From the NCBI GenBank assembly GCA_951406725.2, contig OX597839.1, forward strand, positions 37,820,001-37,884,000: a stretch of 64,000 nucleotides of DNA, written 5' to 3'. The notes under the pieces were generated by a model. That model searched no databases. It was not told the DNA's origin and saw nothing but the letters and a program-made list of their open reading frames with translations. The translations under genes and the position numbers were made by a program. This document shows, piece by piece, positions 59,528 through 64,000 of the stretch; positions within the stretch are counted from its first letter, which is position 1, and each line of letters begins with the position of its first letter. The DNA comes from Octopus vulgaris (lineage: Eukaryota).

Positions 59528-59562
<35 letters not shown>

Positions 59563-59637
59563 CGGGGGTGTTACGTATGTAGATGTACGTAAGATATACG
59601 TAAAGTGTGGGCACACACATACGCACACACACATACG

Positions 59638-59668
<31 letters not shown>

Positions 59669-59847
59669 ACTTACGCACACTCACGCACATAAAGTTCAGT
59701 AGAAGCGGATGTCCTAATATCACGTGAAAGTCGGTGAAGAGGTTCTTGTCGGCCATTTTTAGTTTAATTTTTTCGTCACCACACACAAATACATGTTTAT
59801 GTTTCCGTATGTACGTGTATATATATATATATATATGCATGCATGAA

Positions 59848-59878
<31 letters not shown>

Positions 59879-60082
59879 GTGTGTTTATGTGCGTCTGGGA
59901 GTGTGTGTGTGTTTCACGGGTATATACAGATATCTGTACACACACTCACCTGTCTTTTTATATACATTCCAGTTTTCCTGCCCATTTTACGTATTTCAGT
60001 GCTTACATACACGCACTCACTTATGTGTATGTATGTGTATAATGTATGTATGTGTATAATGTATGTATGTATATAATGTATG

Positions 60083-60116
<34 letters not shown>

Positions 60117-60232
60117 CGAATATTTTTCTTGTTTGCATCACCAGACGTCCCCCTTCCTTTCTTTCAATATATATACATACATACACACACACATACACAC
60201 ACATACATATATATATATATACATATATACAT

Positions 60233-60266
<34 letters not shown>

Positions 60267-60415
60267 GCTATACTTACATATAATACTATATTATATGTGT
60301 GTGTGTGTGTGTGTGTGACTGTATTTGTGTTTTAAATATACATACGCATATATGTGTGTGTTTATAAGCCCACAAATGCATATACCTCTTATCCTGTGTA
60401 CATACACACACACAC

Positions 60416-60464
<49 letters not shown>

Positions 60465-60865
60465 ATACTCATATATGTATTCATACTAGCACACATATAT
60501 GCATATACATACATATACACCAAAACACTGGAATCACACATAATATATACATAGATATGTTGGAGTGTAGCTACGTATGTATATGACGTCTGTATATATT
60601 CATGTATGTACATATGTTTATATATATGTGTGTGTGTTTGTGTGTGCGTGTGTGTATATTTATACACATCATAACGCGCACACACATACGTTGTTCGAGG
60701 TATGTTGCGTATACCTGGGTGTTATTGTTTTCACAAGTGCTAAAACAAATGTTCGCAGTTCCTTAACATATGGTAGAAGTGATAAGGCGCGAACCAGTGA
60801 CCGGTGGAGCCAAATAATTCGATTAAACAATATCAGGCTGGCATGGAAATTCTGTTGCTGTTTAT

Positions 60866-60903
<38 letters not shown>

Positions 60904-60904
60904 G

Positions 60905-60954
<50 letters not shown>

Positions 60955-61013
60955 TATATGTATATGTATATGTATATATGTATATATGTATGTACGCACA
61001 CACACACACACAC

Positions 61014-61055
<42 letters not shown>

Positions 61056-61463
61056 CACGTGCGCACGAGAGAGAGAGTGCTGGAAAGTTCTTCGGCTCGA
61101 GGTAAAAGAAAATAGAGGAGAATCAGTTAATTATGATTTCATTCAACATGTTCCCTTCTCAGATTCACTTAATTATCCTTCACTTTTTCTAAACCCTGTA
61201 AAAGAACTCGAAAGGTTGACCCTTAAAATCAGCACGTTTTCAACACGTCTATGTATGTATGTATGTATGTATGTATGTATGTATGTATGTATGTATGTAT
61301 TAATCTGTCTGTCTGTATATATATATAGAATGAGAGACTTATACCTCTTTTGCTATCCTTTTCCTATCCTTTTCCCCCCTATACCATTTGTTTAAATAAC
61401 TCTTCCCTCACCCTTTTCGTCCCCTCAGTGCCGAGTCTTTATTATACTTTATCTTTGAGTTTG

Positions 61464-61547
<84 letters not shown>

Positions 61548-61580
61548 CTCTCTCTCTCTCTCTCTCTCTATCTATATCTA

Positions 61581-61659
<79 letters not shown>

Positions 61660-61711
61660 ATATCTACTCTCTCTCTCTCTCTCTCTCTCTCGCTATCTAT
61701 ATCTATATCTA

Positions 61712-61784
<73 letters not shown>

Positions 61785-61895
61785 CTCTGTCCGCCTGACC
61801 GTCTGTCTAGCTTTCTCTCTATTGCCAATCACTCTATCCATCACTCCCTCCCTCCATCCATTCATCCCTCCATCCATCTGTCAGTTTGTCCGTCC

Positions 61896-62475
61896 AAGGC
61901 GGCGTGCTGGCAGAAACGTTAGCACGCCGGGCGAAATGCTTAGCAGTATTTCGTCTACCGCTACGTTCTGAGTTCAAATTCCGTCGAGGTCAACTTTGCC
62001 TTTCATCCTTTCGGGGTCGATAAATTAAGTACCAGTCACACACTGGGGTCGATATAATCGACTTAATCCGTTTGTCTGTCCTTGTTTGTCCCCTCTGTTT
62101 TAACCCCTTGTGGGTAGTAAAGAGTTAGGTATTCGTCTGCTGTAACGTTCTGAGGTCGAATTCCGTCGAGGTCGACTTTGCCTTTCAACTTTTCGGGGAC
62201 GTTTAAATAAGTACCAATCACATACTGGGGTCGATATAATCGATTTAATCCGTTTGTCTGTTCTTGTTTGTCCCCTCCATGTTTATCCCCTTGTGGGTAG
62301 TAAAGAAATAGGTATTTCGTTTGTCTTTTCGTTCTGAGTTCAAATTGCGCCGAAGTCGACTTTGCCTTTCATCATTTCGGGACCGATAAATTAAGTACCA
62401 GTTGCATACTGAACTCGATATAATCGACGGGCCCGCTCCCCCCAAATTTCGTTCCTTGTGCCTAGAGTGGAAAAG
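61896..62475 (+). mobile_element. SINE family B with two head-less tandem units (~183-bp period)
   Basis: TATT(T)CGT recurs at ~61947, 62130 and 62313. Confidence 0.88.
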
Positions 62476-62732
62476 TTTGTCCGTCCGTCTTCCTGCCTGC
62501 CTGCCTGCCTGTATGTCTGTCTATCTGTCTATCTGTCTGTCTGTCTGTCCACCTAAGAGCAACGACAGATGTAAACAGATTACTATAGCTCATCAACACA
62601 TTCTTCTCTGACCATGACAGCCAATCAGAGAAGTATTCGTCACAGACACCAACCCACCCACCTGGGACACTTGCTTATGCCACGCTTCTTGCGTGATTCG
62701 CGCAAGGTACCTTTTCGTTTTCTGCTTTAGAG

Positions 62733-62881
62733 CAGCACTCCGCAACCGGTATGCCGCGGCACACTGAGGCACCGTGAGAAGATGCTAGGTGTGCCGCAGT
62801 GTAACGTGTATATAATTTTCCCCCCTATACTTTGAAAAGAATATATGTGCACTGCAAGTGAAAAAGGGTTGTGGGGCACTG
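62733..62881. mobile_element. hAT MITE (149 bp)
   Basis: Imperfect TIRs CAGCACTCCGCAACC / GGTTGTGGGGCACTG; 8-bp TSD CTTTAGAG / CTCTAGAG. Confidence 0.75.
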
Positions 62882-63434
62882 CTCTAGAGATCCTCAATCA
62901 TTCTGAAGCCCTTCAGCTCCTGACGTTGCAGATCCTTCCATGCAGATCTTTCTTGAGTGAAATCCTTCCATGACTTTTGGGTGACCTTTCAAGTCTTTCA
63001 AAGGTTGCTTTTCGGGGCATCTTTGAATCGTTTACACGGTGCAACAACACCGAATCCTCCTCCAACCTCACCACCATCACCACCATCCGACACCACCACT
63101 ACCACCACCACCACCACCACCACCACCACCACTACCACCACCACCACAACTACCACACCAACACCGTATCCTCCACCAACCTCACCACCATCACCACCAT
63201 CCGACACCACCACTACCACCACTATCATCACGATCTCCACCATCACCCCTATCCGACATCCTACCACCACAACCACCACCACCACCACCACCACCACAGC
63301 GAAGACTGACACCTCCGCCATCACCACCACCCCTGCTACCACCATCGCCGTCATCATTGTTCCTCGCACCATCATCATCATCACTACCAGTTATTGTTTG
63401 TTGAGGAACATCGATATAGTTAGAAGAGAGAGAG

Positions 63435-63475
<41 letters not shown>

Positions 63476-63527
63476 AACGAAGAAAGAGACAGAGTGAGAG
63501 GGCAAAAAGGAAGAATCAGTGAGAACA

Positions 63528-63558
<31 letters not shown>

Positions 63559-63620
63559 AAGAAAGAGAGGTGGAAGCTAAGAGACAGAGCGAGAGAGCAA
63601 AAAGGAAGAATCAGTGAGAA

Positions 63621-63659
<39 letters not shown>

Positions 63660-63727
63660 AAGAGAGATGGAAGCTAATGAACGCTAGTAGGCTGTTCTGT
63701 AAATGTTGACCAACACTGTAACATATC

Positions 63728-63759
<32 letters not shown>

Positions 63760-63784
63760 CACGCACAGGCAGACGAGGGCTTCA

Positions 63785-63821
<37 letters not shown>

Positions 63822-64000
63822 GCAGAACAACATACTACATCGGAGACACAGAACGATAACCCTGACGCACACACATACAACGACGCTCAGACACAGAGAT
63901 AACTGCACGTATATGTACACACGTAAGGAATATACACATAAATGTCGTATAGACCAAAGATAAAACAAAGGGGGAGAGAGAGAGAGAGAGAGAGAGAGAG

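Overview
Eukaryotic genomic DNA dominated by microsatellites (CA, TA, CATA, CTAT, ATT, CAT, CTT, CAC) and retroposons. The SINE families and repeat density suggest an octopus or other coleoid cephalopod (inference). Nearly all ORFs in the supplied track are microsatellite artefacts. Supportable features are many tRNA-derived SINEs, two CR1-clade LINE 3' ends, decayed Helitron, mariner, maT and hAT transposase fragments, three MITEs with target-site duplications, and two putative minus-strand exons of an unidentified gene (a 27-nt microexon and a terminal exon). The main hidden signal is a set of sequence-unrelated minimal type-I hammerhead ribozyme (HHR) motifs of the Penelope/retrozyme type. 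One set lies in a ~360-bp, highly base-paired tandem repeat with a U3-A8 core variant and an inverted partial copy (52.9-53.9 kb). Another lies in a 492-bp near-perfect palindrome that encodes the same hammerhead on both strands (25.4-25.9 kb). Further solo motifs occur at 14.1, 49.8, 54.1 and 55.9 kb. Several other long fold-back structures are present. All structures were derived by eye and none was tested computationally or experimentally.
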